Virus record (IMG/VR): IMGVR_UViG_3300021387_000688
Strand: one strand, 5' to 3'
DNA length: 64,000 nucleotides
Origin: a virus
Lineage: Duplodnaviria; Caudoviricetes
Positions within the stretch are counted from its first letter, which is position 1. Each line of letters begins with the position of its first letter. Shown one piece after another: positions 1 to 11,598 of this stretch. The position numbers were made by a program, and so were the translations under genes. The notes under the pieces were generated by a model that saw only the letters and a list, made by a program, of their open reading frames with translations, was not told where the DNA came from and did no database searches.

Positions 1-1
1 T

Positions 2-3000
2 GAAATCCCGGAAGATGAGCTTTGGGATAATGAAAATAAGAAAGTAGATCCTTCTAAATATACAAACGCTCAATTGATAGATATGTACAATGACATGAGT
101 CGTCAAGGTATGTATGAAAAATCTCAAACTATTGGGCACAGTAATGTATCTATTACAGATACAATGTATAGTATCAACACTATTGAATTGCCAATAGAAA
201 GTTTAGTATTTGTAAAAGATTTCATTAAAAACAATACACGTACTGAAAGGGTAAAGAAGTATAGTCCTACATTAAACGTAGATTACTTCTATAAAGAATA
301 TATTGTTAACGATCAAATTGAATGGGAAGGGGAATTAGTAGAAGCTCATGCCCTTGTAGATATTTCTACTTCTGGGTCTGATGTAAAAATGTATTCTTTG
401 AAAACTTATAAAGGTTCTATTTTCGGAGACGATGTAGTAACAGTAGAAGAAGATATTTCTAGGTTGGTAGAAGAAAGGGGTGAAATCTTAGCTTGTATTA
501 TTGATAACTACGAAGGAAAACATTTCGTAAAAGTTTATGAAACCTTTACAAGAAATGGAGATTGCTATGTTAAGTTCTACAAGATGGGTGAACCTGATTT
601 GAAAATGTCTACTTTTGAAAACAAAGATATTTATTTAATCTTGGACCTCGATGAAGAGTTGAGTGACGCAAAGGTAGAAGAATTTTCAAAAGAAAGAAGA
701 AAAACCAAGAAAGTAAATATTTATAGAAACGACCAGTTCTTCTTAATTTCTAGAAGTTGGGAGCCTATAACTCAAGAATCCCTAAACTATATGTTGGATA
801 ATACAGAATTGGATGCACCTGAAAATTATGCACGTACTTCAATTCTTTCTACAAAGACTACTGTTCCTAGAGTATTAACAGAATTGGAAGACACTGTAGT
901 ATTCGATGGTAGTGCAGATGATGCAAAAATTGGATTGGTAAAAGATTTAATAGCAGAAAACAAATCTTTGTATTTGGATTCTTCTATTCGTATATTGCAA
1001 CATGTTCCACTTAGTGTTAGTACAACTCAGTGGAGTGAGGATTATGGAGTACTTTCATTCTTATATGAAAGTGGAGACTTGCCTGCACAGATTTCTTTCT
1101 ATGATGTAGATATTTCTTTGTACGATCCTCTTCAAGAAAATGTAAACTTCTTAAAGAGGGATGACTTGCAAGACTTAGGAATGGATGAAGCTCAAAAGGT
1201 TTATAACAGAAGATATGTTGTTTGGGGTAGCGTTGTATGGGATGCAAATACAGATCGATCTGTTGAAGTTTTGAGAACTATTTGGGCATCTTATTTCAGT
1301 AACTTCGAAATATACTCTACTGAAGATATTATTCCTTCAGAGTTGGTTGCACAATCTTTAGGTGTAAAGAATACTTATTCTCAAAATATTTTGAATTATG
1401 ATTACGCAGAGAATGAAGCTAATCCTACAGAACACTGGAATGTTAGTGTCGTATCTAACTTGAGAAGTAATTCTGTTACAAGTGGTGTAATTGCAAACTG
1501 TGCAGCTATTAGATTCCAGGAAGAAAACTTAACTGGAGTAAATAAGGATGCAAATGGTAACATCCTTTTTGAAAACGTATTTGGTAGAACAAAAGCCCTT
1601 GATGTAGGAAACATGTTCTATAGAACAGGTGTTGACGATCCAAGTGCAGGTTTATCATTTGGTGAAGAGCCTATTACTTTTCATAACTTAATAACAGAAG
1701 ACTGTGACTTAACAATTTCTTACGATAACGATTTTAAAGATATCGTCTTTATGAAATATAACCCAGAAAATGCTACTGTTACATTGCATGTAAAGAAAGG
1801 TATCGAAGAAAAGAATAGTAAGTTTACAGAAGGTAGTTGTAGTTATAATAACTTGGATAAACTTATTTGGACAGATGTTACTTCTACAGGATTATTCTCT
1901 GGAGTGTTAGCTAAAGTAGATGTTTTACATGCTAAGATAGATATTGTAAAATATTTGGAATGTATACTTAAAAACTATTCTGTTTTGCACCAGCAAGAAT
2001 TAAAAGGTGAAGTAGGCACTTCTTATACAAATGTAGATGAAAACAATAATGTAAAGATGACCGACATCTTAAATTATACTTATACTTATGCAACTATTGG
2101 TTCTGTAATTCCAGTATTTGCAAGAATGGTAGGTAGTGAATTAGTTATTACAGGATTCTTGTTAGATAAGAAAGGTGAGAATAAATACCACTTACATGTT
2201 TTCCAATTCGGTGCTCCATTTATTGCTCCGGTTGCAAAGACTGTAATTAATACTGACAAATATAATAGATTCCCTGTATTGGAAAAAGACTTTGAAAAAG
2301 TTGTTAAAGAGATTTCTGTATATCCTATTTATATTCCTACTTCAACTTATGATTGTAACTTGAATTTTAAGACAACGGGTGGAGATATTATTCCTAATGC
2401 TATCACAAAAGATAGTCAAGTAGAAGTTTTGGATGAAACTTTAGACACTGAAGATGGGGACGAAGGTAAAATAGATAGAAGCCGTTTGCAGATATCTTAC
2501 TTAGATACAGATGGTAAAAAGAAAAATATCTTCTTGAATAATAACCTTAAGAGATTTAAGGAGTATAAGAATTGCACTGTTTCTTTAAGTACAAGGGCTG
2601 ATGAGGATAACGAAAATTACTTGGATTGTATAATGACTTTTGATGGAGAAGATTTAGATCTTTCTGCTGAAGGCCTTATATCTTTGTACGATATGAAAGT
2701 TCCTGATTTCCGTACAAGATATGATCGTGCATTAGACAATGAAATTAAAGTTGTAGAAAGAAATACAATCTTGGATGATTTACACATTACTGCTTTCAAG
2801 CCTAATGATTTAGATCCTTCTAAAACAGATTTGATTTTGATGAATCCTTTAGATGCAAGTAACTTTAATGTAACTAATGCAATTGAACAACTTACCCCTA
2901 TTGACGAGAATGTACACACTCAGAAGGTTGTAGGAGGAAAAGGTTATATTGCAGATTTGTGGGAAGATGCAGGTTATCCAAAGATTGGATATTCTTACTA

Positions 3001-6000
3001 TAAGAGAGCTTTCATTGCAAATGGCGTAATTTCTCCAAACGACATTACAAGGGTTACTTTAAGTGATGAATCTTTAATAGAAGATGGTATAGATTTGACT
3101 AAGCACATAACTGCAGATGACCCAGTTACTTTGATTTTACACAATCCTCCTTCTTACTATATTGGAGCAGGTGTTAATCTGGAATTGGATACAGGTACAT
3201 ATAGTACTGCAGATGGTCCTTATAAAATCTTGCATGAAGAAACAAAATATGAAGGAGAAGATAAGGGTTCTTCTATCAATTACATCTTGGCCGGTAAACA
3301 TTCTATTGTAGTTGTAAAGGTTAATTTTGAAAACACAAAAGTTCAAGTTACAAGCGTATTTGAACTTCCAGAAGATGTTTCAAACATTAATTACGTTAAT
3401 GGAATATTCACTTTAGAAAAGAATGGTGAAACATATGAATTAAGGTCTACTGGAAATGGTAATTTACCTATTACCACAGATATGTTCTATGCAGGTCAAG
3501 TAAATAATGATACTGCAACTTTCGATGGTTACGTAGCTGTAAAGACTGTATATGATGGAGAAAATACTCAAGATGTAAGAATTAATAAAGTTTCTCAATT
3601 GGTAAATGCGCATGCAGGGTATGAAGATTTAGGACCCGTTAGTATCAAAGCTATTACAACTGTAGGTAGATATACAATCAAGTTTGATGATAAAGATCGA
3701 GTTTACGGAGAAGCTAGATACGGTGGAGAACCTTTAAGATATGTTACAGATCCTGCAGCATTAGAGATATTTGATGCTAGTGGATTTAAAGGTCAAATAT
3801 TAACTGAAGGTTCTGAAGACGATCCAGGATCATTCTCTGTAGAAAGCATTGAAGGTCTTACAGATTTGGATAAATTGAAAGACTGGATTGTTAAAACATT
3901 GAGGAATCAATTCGGTGGAGACCCAACTTTAAGCGACCCTCAATTTGAAGGCTCTATGGAAAAGAGTCAGGATTACTATTACACTACTGCTCAAGGTTCT
4001 GGATTTGCAGCATCAAAGAGTGAATGGGTAAAAGATGAGTTGATGAGAACTCTTCTAAACATCACTGCAAATGATGTATACAATAAACCAGAAGGTACTA
4101 AGCGCTGGAGAAAGGTAATTTCTAAAGATACAATTTATGTACCTACTCTTGAAGAAAGAGACGTAGAAGTAGTTTACGATGATAACTTAACTAAATGGCA
4201 GAAAGTGTATGTAATAAATTCAATAGGTAATACTCTTCTTAAAGATTGTACAGACCCTGAAACATTACAGGCTTTCGTAAAGGCTATCTTGCCAACCAAC
4301 TTTATTACAAGAAAAAGACCTATCATAAGTACTGAAGCTTCTTTGGACGGTACAAAAGTATTATGGGATCAAGACGCTTGTGCACTTACAGTATTTGATA
4401 AAGATGGTAACATTTCTAACAGAATTGCATATCAATACTTAGGATTAAATTACCCTGTAGATCCTGATAAGAGTGGAAAGAATGCTACAGAAGATTGGCT
4501 CATACCTAATAGAATTTATTTGAAAGCAGATGGTACTACTTTCAACAAAGCATTTAATATGGAAACTAGTGATGGAGAAGGTACATCCGAATATGACCAA
4601 ATGTATAAAGAATTTGGAAAGTATGAAGTAAAGGATAAAGTAAATGGTACAATCACAATAGTGGATGGTGCTTTATATATGCCAACTCTGTTAGCTAATG
4701 TTAATGAGGATGACATAGAAATTGTTACTCCAGATGATATGAAGTTCCAGCAGTTAGTTGCAATTTCGAAGGACGTTGAAAAGTGGAACGCCTATGTAGA
4801 TTATATGAAGAAGTTGTCTTGGTTGGCACCTGATTATAGTAATTATATGGTTTTCAATTCTCCTAACGCTATAATCAACTTCCAGAAATTAGATAATAGA
4901 TTGGAAGGATTAAAGAACGCTGGCAAGATTACTGAAGCGCAATATAACAATGCTTCTAATGTGATTAAAAATATTAACACTACTGCAAAAGATGATGATT
5001 GTGCAACAGGTATTATTAAAGGTTCTCCTTATTTGTCTTTCGATAATTATAAGAGTAATCTCTACTTAACTTCTATAGGAGTAGGAGTAGATAGTGGAAC
5101 TAACAAACCTTTGTATTTCAAATCTTTAATTACCAACTCTGGTATATTAATGAGTAGTGGTAAAGAAGCTTACATTTACGGTACAATGAAGTGGCCTACA
5201 TTTACAGAGATTAGAAATCTTTGTGAAGATTCTATCAAGGCAAAATATTCAAAGATGGAAGGTACAGAAAAGGATAATGCTGTAAATGAAGATTTGAATA
5301 AGTTGGCAGATTCATTAAATGCTAGATATGCTAAGTTTGAAACTACTAGTGAAGATGGTATGGACCAATATAAAGTAGGAGAGAATGAAGATGTAGCTCC
5401 TGCAGATACTAAGTTCATGATAAGGGTTAATTTAGATACCGGAGCTATTACACCTATGGGAGGAATGGATGCAGGTAAGACTGCTTCATTCAACAACTTA
5501 TATGCTACTACAATTGTTAATAATAAGATTATGGCAATTACAGATGTAGGTATAGGAGAATTAGGATCTGTAGGTGGTAGTGAATTTAATCCTAGTGTAG
5601 CAGGCGGAGAACAGATTAATGCATTTACGGGAGAGTTGATAAGTGCATTAAAAGATGCTAAAGCCTTTAATGGAAAAATTTCAAGTGAAGGTTCTAAGTT
5701 AACTTTAGGATCAAGTGGAACAACTGTTCATAATCAGCCAGCCGTATTTACGAAGGTAGGTGTAGTAGGAGCTACTAGTTTCACTTTGGAAGACGATGTC
5801 ATTATGGCAGATGAGGGAGACAATACTCCTATCAATGTAACAATGGTTGTAATGGATACAACTAAAGATAACTTCCAATACGGTTATGGGGATGTAGAAG
5901 GTTTGGATCAATTAAATGCCGCAGGTTCTATCTTCCAAGTAAACAGTTCTGAATATGCAGACTTTGCAACTTATGAAATTGCAAACGGCGATCTTATAAG

Positions 6001-8071
6001 TTACTATGCACAGAAGACTGAAGGTGAAGAAAAAACTTGGATATCTGTAGGAAGTAAAATACAAGGATTGTTCGAACCTAGACAAATCGTCAATAGAGAA
6101 AGAGATGAAAATGATACCATCCAGATAGAAAATGTAAGCGTTGCCAAGAGTGTTTATCCTAAACCTTCAGATATTGATGATGAATTGTTAGGTAACTTCT
6201 ATGACTTAGATGCAGAAGGAAATATTAAAACTGTAAAGAATACTTATGGTAGAGAAATCTTAAGGCTTGCTGATTCTACAGAACAGTGGGGTAACTTAAT
6301 TAAGAAAGTTCCTGGACTTGAAGGAAAAGATAAAATATTAGGTGACTTAACAAGTATGGTAACTTACGAAACATTGGAAGGTGGTTCTATAAGTATAACC
6401 CCTACTGTATATCCTGAAGAAATAGATCCTTCGAAGGGAGTTGCTTGGCCAGGAGAGTTAATTGGAAAGGGCTATGATTATGTAAGTAAAATAGGTCAAC
6501 CTATTCCAAAGCTGGTAAAGGTACCTAAAAACAGTGTACAGAACCTTCCTTATACTCAAGCAGAATTTATGATAAATGGAGATTCTGACATTTATGTAGG
6601 AGAAGATTATTTGAAATTGACCGCCACATTCAATAAGCCAAATGCATTATCATCTGAAAAATTCGATGATAATAAAATGAATAATACCCAAGTAACTTCT
6701 ACAGAATTCTATAAAGATTTTACAGAGAATCATCCTTACACTGCTGCTAGGGATGGTTTAGTTACTAGACAGTTGAAAATTAAAGTAGTTAATCCTACTA
6801 CTCAATTGCCTAAATTGGTAGATATTTCAAATTATAGAGTTACAAATAGCAATATATCTAAAGTCTTTAGTATACTTGGTACAGAATCTACAGAAATTGT
6901 AATACCTGCAAACGGTTACGGACAATCTGTAAGAGGTGTTTATACAAAACCTTCTGAATGCAAGTTTGAAGATGATTTATTCTATATGAAAGGAGAAGTA
7001 CAAAACGAGTACGGCGAAACTATTTACTGGGTAGACGGTAGTGATTTGACAGTGAAAGAAAATGGATTACCTGCAAACTATGAACCTATGAGAAGAATGG
7101 TTTACAGATCTTTCAAACAGGCCGATGCACATTTACTTCCAAAGTTGGCTACTAAAGAAAAGACTTCTTATGAAAACCCAGCTGTTGTAATTGACTTGAC
7201 CCAAGAAAAACTTAGAGTAGATAATGCAAATACAATTGTATTTAAGTCTGAAGATGTTTATCCAGATTTCTTTATTAGTAAAGAACGTTCGGCTTCTGCC
7301 AATAAACAAGCTGCTTACAACCAATTCTATTCTAACGTAGAGTTCTCTTGTAGGGTTATGTACACCAAGTTAGGATTTGATGAATCTTCAAGACAAGTTG
7401 ATTTAATTGCAACAGCGGGATTAGATCGTCAGTATGCTACAAGATTGTATACAGATAAAAAGCATATTCCTACATTTACAAAGTATTCTATAGGTGGAGG
7501 AAAGTTTGCAAGAACTGGCGGTTCTTTCGTAGCAGATAATAAATTGTATAGAGTTAGCGAAGATGGTAGAAACCCAATGTACTTAAATGAAGAAGGTGAG
7601 TTAACTCAAACTCCTAATAGTTTAGGACCTGTACATGCAATTGACTATGAATACTTATTACAATTGTATAAGGGATTGGGAAACATCTTTACTTCTATTA
7701 AAGTAACAAACGATGTAGGTTCAAGTGCTTATGACTTGAGTGGTTTGAATATTTCTAACAACTGTTTGTTACCAGATTGGAAAACAAAGACTGTAGGATT
7801 TACTAACAACTCTAACTACAAGATCTTCGTAATGATGAAAGATTTGAATGAAGAAGATTTCGCTTACCAGACTGTAGAAAATGAGGCCGGAAGTAAATCT
7901 TTGTTGAAGATTACTACTCCAACTACAATCTCTGTAGAATATCCTAACACCTTTAAGGAATACAACTTAGCTTACATTAAAGATAAACAAGGAAATATTG
8001 TAGCTAAAGCTTACTTTGATAAGCATAAGGTTAAGGAAGATAGTTTGTTAGTATTCTCTAAATTAAGTTAA
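2..8071 (+). CDS. Giant putative virion structural protein (>2680 aa, 5' end outside the window)
   Basis: The reading frame is already open from position 2 (GAA ATC CCG...), upstream of the listed start at 74. Acidic, low-complexity-free composition typical of large phage virion proteins; no catalytic motif recognised. Confidence 0.6.
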   Translation, partial: EIPEDELWDNENKKVDPSKYTNAQLIDMYNDMSRQGMYEKSQTIGHSNVSITDTMYSINTIELPIESLVFVKDFIKNNTRTERVKKYSPTLNVDYFYKEYIVNDQIEWEGELVEAHALVDISTSGSDVKMYSLKTYKGSIFGDDVVTVEEDISRLVEERGEILACIIDNYEGKHFVKVYETFTRNGDCYVKFYKMGEPDLKMSTFENKDIYLILDLDEELSDAKVEEFSKERRKTKKVNIYRNDQFFLISRSWEPITQESLNYMLDNTELDAPENYARTSILSTKTTVPRVLTELEDTVVFDGSADDAKIGLVKDLIAENKSLYLDSSIRILQHVPLSVSTTQWSEDYGVLSFLYESGDLPAQISFYDVDISLYDPLQENVNFLKRDDLQDLGMDEAQKVYNRRYVVWGSVVWDANTDRSVEVLRTIWASYFSNFEIYSTEDIIPSELVAQSLGVKNTYSQNILNYDYAENEANPTEHWNVSVVSNLRSNSVTSGVIANCAAIRFQEENLTGVNKDANGNILFENVFGRTKALDVGNMFYRTGVDDPSAGLSFGEEPITFHNLITEDCDLTISYDNDFKDIVFMKYNPENATVTLHVKKGIEEKNSKFTEGSCSYNNLDKLIWTDVTSTGLFSGVLAKVDVLHAKIDIVKYLECILKNYSVLHQQELKGEVGTSYTNVDENNNVKMTDILNYTYTYATIGSVIPVFARMVGSELVITGFLLDKKGENKYHLHVFQFGAPFIAPVAKTVINTDKYNRFPVLEKDFEKVVKEISVYPIYIPTSTYDCNLNFKTTGGDIIPNAITKDSQVEVLDETLDTEDGDEGKIDRSRLQISYLDTDGKKKNIFLNNNLKRFKEYKNCTVSLSTRADEDNENYLDCIMTFDGEDLDLSAEGLISLYDMKVPDFRTRYDRALDNEIKVVERNTILDDLHITAFKPNDLDPSKTDLILMNPLDASNFNVTNAIEQLTPIDENVHTQKVVGGKGYIADLWEDAGYPKIGYSYYKRAFIANGVISPNDITRVTLSDESLIEDGIDLTKHITADDPVTLILHNPPSYYIGAGVNLELDTGTYSTADGPYKILHEETKYEGEDKGSSINYILAGKHSIVVVKVNFENTKVQVTSVFELPEDVSNINYVNGIFTLEKNGETYELRSTGNGNLPITTDMFYAGQVNNDTATFDGYVAVKTVYDGENTQDVRINKVSQLVNAHAGYEDLGPVSIKAITTVGRYTIKFDDKDRVYGEARYGGEPLRYVTDPAALEIFDASGFKGQILTEGSEDDPGSFSVESIEGLTDLDKLKDWIVKTLRNQFGGDPTLSDPQFEGSMEKSQDYYYTTAQGSGFAASKSEWVKDELMRTLLNITANDVYNKPEGTKRWRKVISKDTIYVPTLEERDVEVVYDDNLTKWQKVYVINSIGNTLLKDCTDPETLQAFVKAILPTNFITRKRPIISTEASLDGTKVLWDQDACALTVFDKDGNISNRIAYQYLGLNYPVDPDKSGKNATEDWLIPNRIYLKADGTTFNKAFNMETSDGEGTSEYDQMYKEFGKYEVKDKVNGTITIVDGALYMPTLLANVNEDDIEIVTPDDMKFQQLVAISKDVEKWNAYVDYMKKLSWLAPDYSNYMVFNSPNAIINFQKLDNRLEGLKNAGKITEAQYNNASNVIKNINTTAKDDDCATGIIKGSPYLSFDNYKSNLYLTSIGVGVDSGTNKPLYFKSLITNSGILMSSGKEAYIYGTMKWPTFTEIRNLCEDSIKAKYSKMEGTEKDNAVNEDLNKLADSLNARYAKFETTSEDGMDQYKVGENEDVAPADTKFMIRVNLDTGAITPMGGMDAGKTASFNNLYATTIVNNKIMAITDVGIGELGSVGGSEFNPSVAGGEQINAFTGELISALKDAKAFNGKISSEGSKLTLGSSGTTVHNQPAVFTKVGVVGATSFTLEDDVIMADEGDNTPINVTMVVMDTTKDNFQYGYGDVEGLDQLNAAGSIFQVNSSEYADFATYEIANGDLISYYAQKTEGEEKTWISVGSKIQGLFEPRQIVNRERDENDTIQIENVSVAKSVYPKPSDIDDELLGNFYDLDAEGNIKTVKNTYGREILRLADSTEQWGNLIKKVPGLEGKDKILGDLTSMVTYETLEGGSISITPTVYPEEIDPSKGVAWPGELIGKGYDYVSKIGQPIPKLVKVPKNSVQNLPYTQAEFMINGDSDIYVGEDYLKLTATFNKPNALSSEKFDDNKMNNTQVTSTEFYKDFTENHPYTAARDGLVTRQLKIKVVNPTTQLPKLVDISNYRVTNSNISKVFSILGTESTEIVIPANGYGQSVRGVYTKPSECKFEDDLFYMKGEVQNEYGETIYWVDGSDLTVKENGLPANYEPMRRMVYRSFKQADAHLLPKLATKEKTSYENPAVVIDLTQEKLRVDNANTIVFKSEDVYPDFFISKERSASANKQAAYNQFYSNVEFSCRVMYTKLGFDESSRQVDLIATAGLDRQYATRLYTDKKHIPTFTKYSIGGGKFARTGGSFVADNKLYRVSEDGRNPMYLNEEGELTQTPNSLGPVHAIDYEYLLQLYKGLGNIFTSIKVTNDVGSSAYDLSGLNISNNCLLPDWKTKTVGFTNNSNYKIFVMMKDLNEEDFAYQTVENEAGSKSLLKITTPTTISVEYPNTFKEYNLAYIKDKQGNIVAKAYFDKHKVKEDSLLVFSKLS

Positions 8072-8078
8072 TAAAAAG

Positions 8079-8103
8079 AAAAGGCTCCGTGAGGAGCCTT
8101 TTT
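8079..8103. terminator. Bidirectional intrinsic terminator
   Basis: AAAAGGCTCC-gtga-GGAGCCTTTT between convergent genes. Confidence 0.85.
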
Positions 8104-8121
8104 GTTTATTTTTTTAATCTT

Positions 8122-8835
8122 TTAGATTGAATTGATCAAACTGAACAATTCTGCTCTAGCTTCTGGCTGAGTTTCAAATACCCCGCGAAGTACTGAAGTT
8201 GTAGTTGTAGCATCTTCAGATTTAACACCACGAACTGCTACGCAGCTATGAGTAATATCTTTCATTACTACTGCACATCCTACTGGGTCCAATACATCTA
8301 CCATTGCATCTGCAATCTGTTCACTCAATTGTTCCTGAATCTGGAAACGATGTGCATAATCTCTTGCCATGCGAGGAATCTTTGACAATCCACATACTTT
8401 GTCTTTTGGAATATAAGCTACATAAACAAATGAATCATCTTTATATGTTCCAAACGGTGCAATATGATGTTCACATTGTGAGAATAACTTAAACTTGCAA
8501 ATAACAATACCATTCTGGAAGTAAGATGTTTTCTGTACTCCAGTCTTTTCTCCATTAATGGCATTACCGCGTTCAACGTCAAATACTTTTTTGATATGAC
8601 GTTTTGGATCTACCATGTATCCTGATGCAAATGCTTCAGTCCAATACTTTGCAAGACGATGAGGAGTTTCTTTCATTCCATCTGGAAGCTCTTCTTCATC
8701 TGTAAGTCCCATTGTTTTTTTAAGAAGATGTGCAAACATTGCTTCATCTTCTTTGTTAAAAATGTTTTTGATTTCTACCTCAGATTCGGTAGTTTCATAG
8801 ACAGGCTGTCCGCCTTTGTAATTAATGTGTTTCAT
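8122..8835 (-). CDS. folE: GTP cyclohydrolase I
   Basis: Motifs ETPHR, SQCEHH..PF, GLSKIPR, R.QIQE.L..QIA, H.C...RGV, T.T..LRG.F; AAGGAG RBS. Confidence 0.95.
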   Translation of the reverse strand: MKHINYKGGQPVYETTESEVEIKNIFNKEDEAMFAHLLKKTMGLTDEEELPDGMKETPHRLAKYWTEAFASGYMVDPKRHIKKVFDVERGNAINGEKTGVQKTSYFQNGIVICKFKLFSQCEHHIAPFGTYKDDSFVYVAYIPKDKVCGLSKIPRMARDYAHRFQIQEQLSEQIADAMVDVLDPVGCAVVMKDITHSCVAVRGVKSEDATTTTSVLRGVFETQPEARAELFSLINSI

Positions 8836-8951
8836 TCGGTTTTACTCCTTTGAGAGAAAATGAACAAGCTCTCATTTAATTAATAATTCTTTAGAAAAAA
8901 TATAGTAGAAGTTTCTGTAAAATATCAAAAATGACAATCTATATTTAGAAT

Positions 8952-9500
8952 ATGAAAGAAACAAAAACAGAAGCACAGAAAAGAATTTTTGAACATTACG
9001 TAAACTCATGTTGGCCGGTTTTGGATTTTGATAGTTTTACAAACTCTATTACTGATTCAAAAGATAAGAAAGTTTTTACTGCAAATACTTTTAAGACTTA
9101 CTTCTTGAAGAATTATAAACCTTCTGAAGATGCTAAACAGAATGCTTTGATTCTTAAAGATATAAAAGCTGACAAGTATAAGGTTGGAACCAATTGCGTG
9201 CAATCTGCTAAAACATTGTCAGGAGAAATTAGGATTGGGCAATATGGTAGCCCCAAGTCTTCTGAAAAAGTAATTACCAGTATCAATGGTAGCTTTACAT
9301 TAGATAAAACCTTATCTGATAAAAAGACTGGAGAAGTTTTAATGAAGGTTTATAAAATAAATTGGAATAGTAAATTCCCGGGTCAACCTTCTTGCTTCTT
9401 TGTATCTAATGAATGGGGTAACCATTTTAGAACAAGCCCTAACTTTGTCAAACAGTTTGTAGAATCTGCCGCTTTAAGGAAGAAATATAAGCTTGACTGA
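8952..9500 (+). CDS. Hypothetical protein
   Basis: 182-aa ORF; TATATT ends 6 nt before the ATG. Confidence 0.7.
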   Translation: MKETKTEAQKRIFEHYVNSCWPVLDFDSFTNSITDSKDKKVFTANTFKTYFLKNYKPSEDAKQNALILKDIKADKYKVGTNCVQSAKTLSGEIRIGQYGSPKSSEKVITSINGSFTLDKTLSDKKTGEVLMKVYKINWNSKFPGQPSCFFVSNEWGNHFRTSPNFVKQFVESAALRKKYKLD

Positions 9501-9516
9501 TCTGTCTAATTAAGAC

Positions 9517-9765
9517 ATGACAGAAAGTGAATTTAAGGATAAGATTTTAAGCAGCAAAGAGTTGGACGATCAAACTAAAAAAGATATCCTACTCTTTCTG
9601 TATAATTATGTAAACGAAAAAATTGTTAAAGCTGTTCAAAATATTTGCGACATTGTTATCAATAAATACGATAGACAATTCGAAAATGATTCTATAGCCC
9701 TCTCTCAATTAAAATCAGATTTAGAAAACCTCAAAAAAGATGTTTGGGTGGAAAACTTAGATTAA
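9517..9765 (+). CDS. Hypothetical protein
   Basis: 82-aa ORF preceded by CTAATT at 9506. Confidence 0.65.
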   Translation: MTESEFKDKILSSKELDDQTKKDILLFLYNYVNEKIVKAVQNICDIVINKYDRQFENDSIALSQLKSDLENLKKDVWVENLD

Positions 9766-9781
9766 GTCCTCTAATTAAGTT

Positions 9782-11569
9782 ATGAGAATTGTAACTTTAA
9801 AAGATGAGGATTTCAATCAAGAATTTGTTCCTTCAACAGATATCAAAGATATAAACGCAATAAATGCTAAATGGGATTTCTTGTTTAGAGATCCCTTCCA
9901 TTCAAATACAGACTATAACAATTGGCGTTTAGCGCATTACATTTTTAAACCTACTAGTAATAATTATACATGGGAAAATTATAACAATTCTTATTGTTCT
10001 ACTTATATTTTAAATGAAGATAATATATCCGGGTATGCTGAACCTTTTGACCCTGAATGTATATTTGCAAATTACAACGGGTCTTACGGTGCAAACATTG
10101 ATACTTTTGGAAAAGCTTATAATCCTTATTATATAAAAGATTTAGATGAGAAATTATCTAATTCTAGAATAAATATACCTAACTATACAAAGAAAATTTA
10201 TGTAAAAGGTTTTGACGAATTTGAGGTTATATCAACCAGTTACCGCCGAAATTACAATGATGATACGTACTCCGTAGTAGAATCTAAAGATTATTACAGG
10301 AACAATGGAAATAATTATAATTCAAATTTAGGGGCTTCTTTTAAGGACATAGATAAAACTCAAATAAGAGATTCTGTAGTCGAAGGGGGGTATACTATAA
10401 AATTGCCTTACTTAAAAGATTCTCAAATAAACGCAATGTTTACCGAAATCAAAAAGAAACCTTGGGAACCAGTTGTATTTAAACTAAATGCAGGTACTAT
10501 TACTATTAAAATAAAACCATTTGCACAAGAGATTACTTATGTATGGAAGCCTACTAAAAATATTGCAGTAAAAATTCCTAGGTATCATAACGACAACCCT
10601 GCTAATGGAGTATATGATTACCAATATATGTGTTACGATAAAGATGTAGAATATATTGTTACACCTAAGGTAACTTCAGATTTATTATCTAATAAAAACG
10701 TTTTTAAGTTTGAAAGTATTTCTTTCGGGAATACTTTGAAGGACCCTTGCGCCAATGTAAATATGAGTAATTATGAGTATGGTTTTATGTACATACCTAA
10801 TACTGAAAAATTACTTCATTTACCTGCATTAGATGTTGCTGTAGATATTAGAGATCAAATTACAGAAGAAACAAGGTTGAGGCAAGAGGGTGATACAGCT
10901 TTACTTCAAAAGATTAATAAAGAAGCTCAGGATAGAGCTACAGCTGTTAGTAATGAAGCTACTGCTAGGACTAATGCAGATAATTCTTTGGACCAGAAAA
11001 TTACTACAGAAAAGAATGATCGTATCAAAGATGTAGAGGATGAAGAAAACGCTCGTAAAAAAGCTATTGAAGAAGAAGCTAAAATTAGAAAAGAAGAAGA
11101 CGATAAACTTGAAGATAAAAAATTAAATCGTTATGATAAAGATGAAAAGGTTGATGGAGTTAAACCTGATTGGGATGAAGAACCTACTCGTAATTCTCAT
11201 AAGGCCGTAAATTCTGATGCCGTTTATAAGATGTGCAAAAACTTAAGATTGTATCAAGCCAATATTGGAAAAGATAAGATTGCAGTAGCTAAACTTAAGC
11301 CAGTAGATTATCCTTTCCAAGTAACAATCTTTAGTAAAGGAGAGATGGCTACCTTTGATATTCACTCTACTGTAATGGGAAGGGCTTTAACTCCTGGATG
11401 TAACTTAAGTGCAAAATACTATATGACTAGTGATTGGATTTATCTTTATTTCAAGCCTGCACAAGGTCCAGTTTCTTTAACTATAAGTGCAAACGACTCT
11501 GAAGGCATGGTGTTAACTGAAACTGATAAGTTCCCTGAATTAGCAACTACAGTTCCGTTGGCAAAATAA
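9782..11569 (+). CDS. Putative tail fibre/virion protein with coiled-coil repeats
   Basis: E..R...D repeats (EETRLRQEGD, NEATARTNAD, EEAKIRKEED) as seen in phage fibre coiled coils; CTAATT motif upstream. Confidence 0.55.
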   Translation: MRIVTLKDEDFNQEFVPSTDIKDINAINAKWDFLFRDPFHSNTDYNNWRLAHYIFKPTSNNYTWENYNNSYCSTYILNEDNISGYAEPFDPECIFANYNGSYGANIDTFGKAYNPYYIKDLDEKLSNSRINIPNYTKKIYVKGFDEFEVISTSYRRNYNDDTYSVVESKDYYRNNGNNYNSNLGASFKDIDKTQIRDSVVEGGYTIKLPYLKDSQINAMFTEIKKKPWEPVVFKLNAGTITIKIKPFAQEITYVWKPTKNIAVKIPRYHNDNPANGVYDYQYMCYDKDVEYIVTPKVTSDLLSNKNVFKFESISFGNTLKDPCANVNMSNYEYGFMYIPNTEKLLHLPALDVAVDIRDQITEETRLRQEGDTALLQKINKEAQDRATAVSNEATARTNADNSLDQKITTEKNDRIKDVEDEENARKKAIEEEAKIRKEEDDKLEDKKLNRYDKDEKVDGVKPDWDEEPTRNSHKAVNSDAVYKMCKNLRLYQANIGKDKIAVAKLKPVDYPFQVTIFSKGEMATFDIHSTVMGRALTPGCNLSAKYYMTSDWIYLYFKPAQGPVSLTISANDSEGMVLTETDKFPELATTVPLAK

Positions 11570-11570
11570 A

Positions 11571-11592
11571 ACCTCCTATTTTCTAGGAGGCT
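11571..11592. terminator. Intrinsic terminator
   Basis: CCTCCTA-ttttc-TAGGAGG between convergent genes. Confidence 0.7.
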
Positions 11593-11598
11593 TGTAAA

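Noticed and set aside
1017-7324. Short antisense and nested ORFs in the track (here and inside other long genes)
   Set aside because: Shadow frames of long genes with no RBS or promoter and implausible composition.
8840-8900. preQ1 riboswitch upstream of folE
   Set aside because: A TGAGAG/CTCTCA hairpin precedes the RBS, but the preQ1-I loop consensus and A-rich tail are missing.
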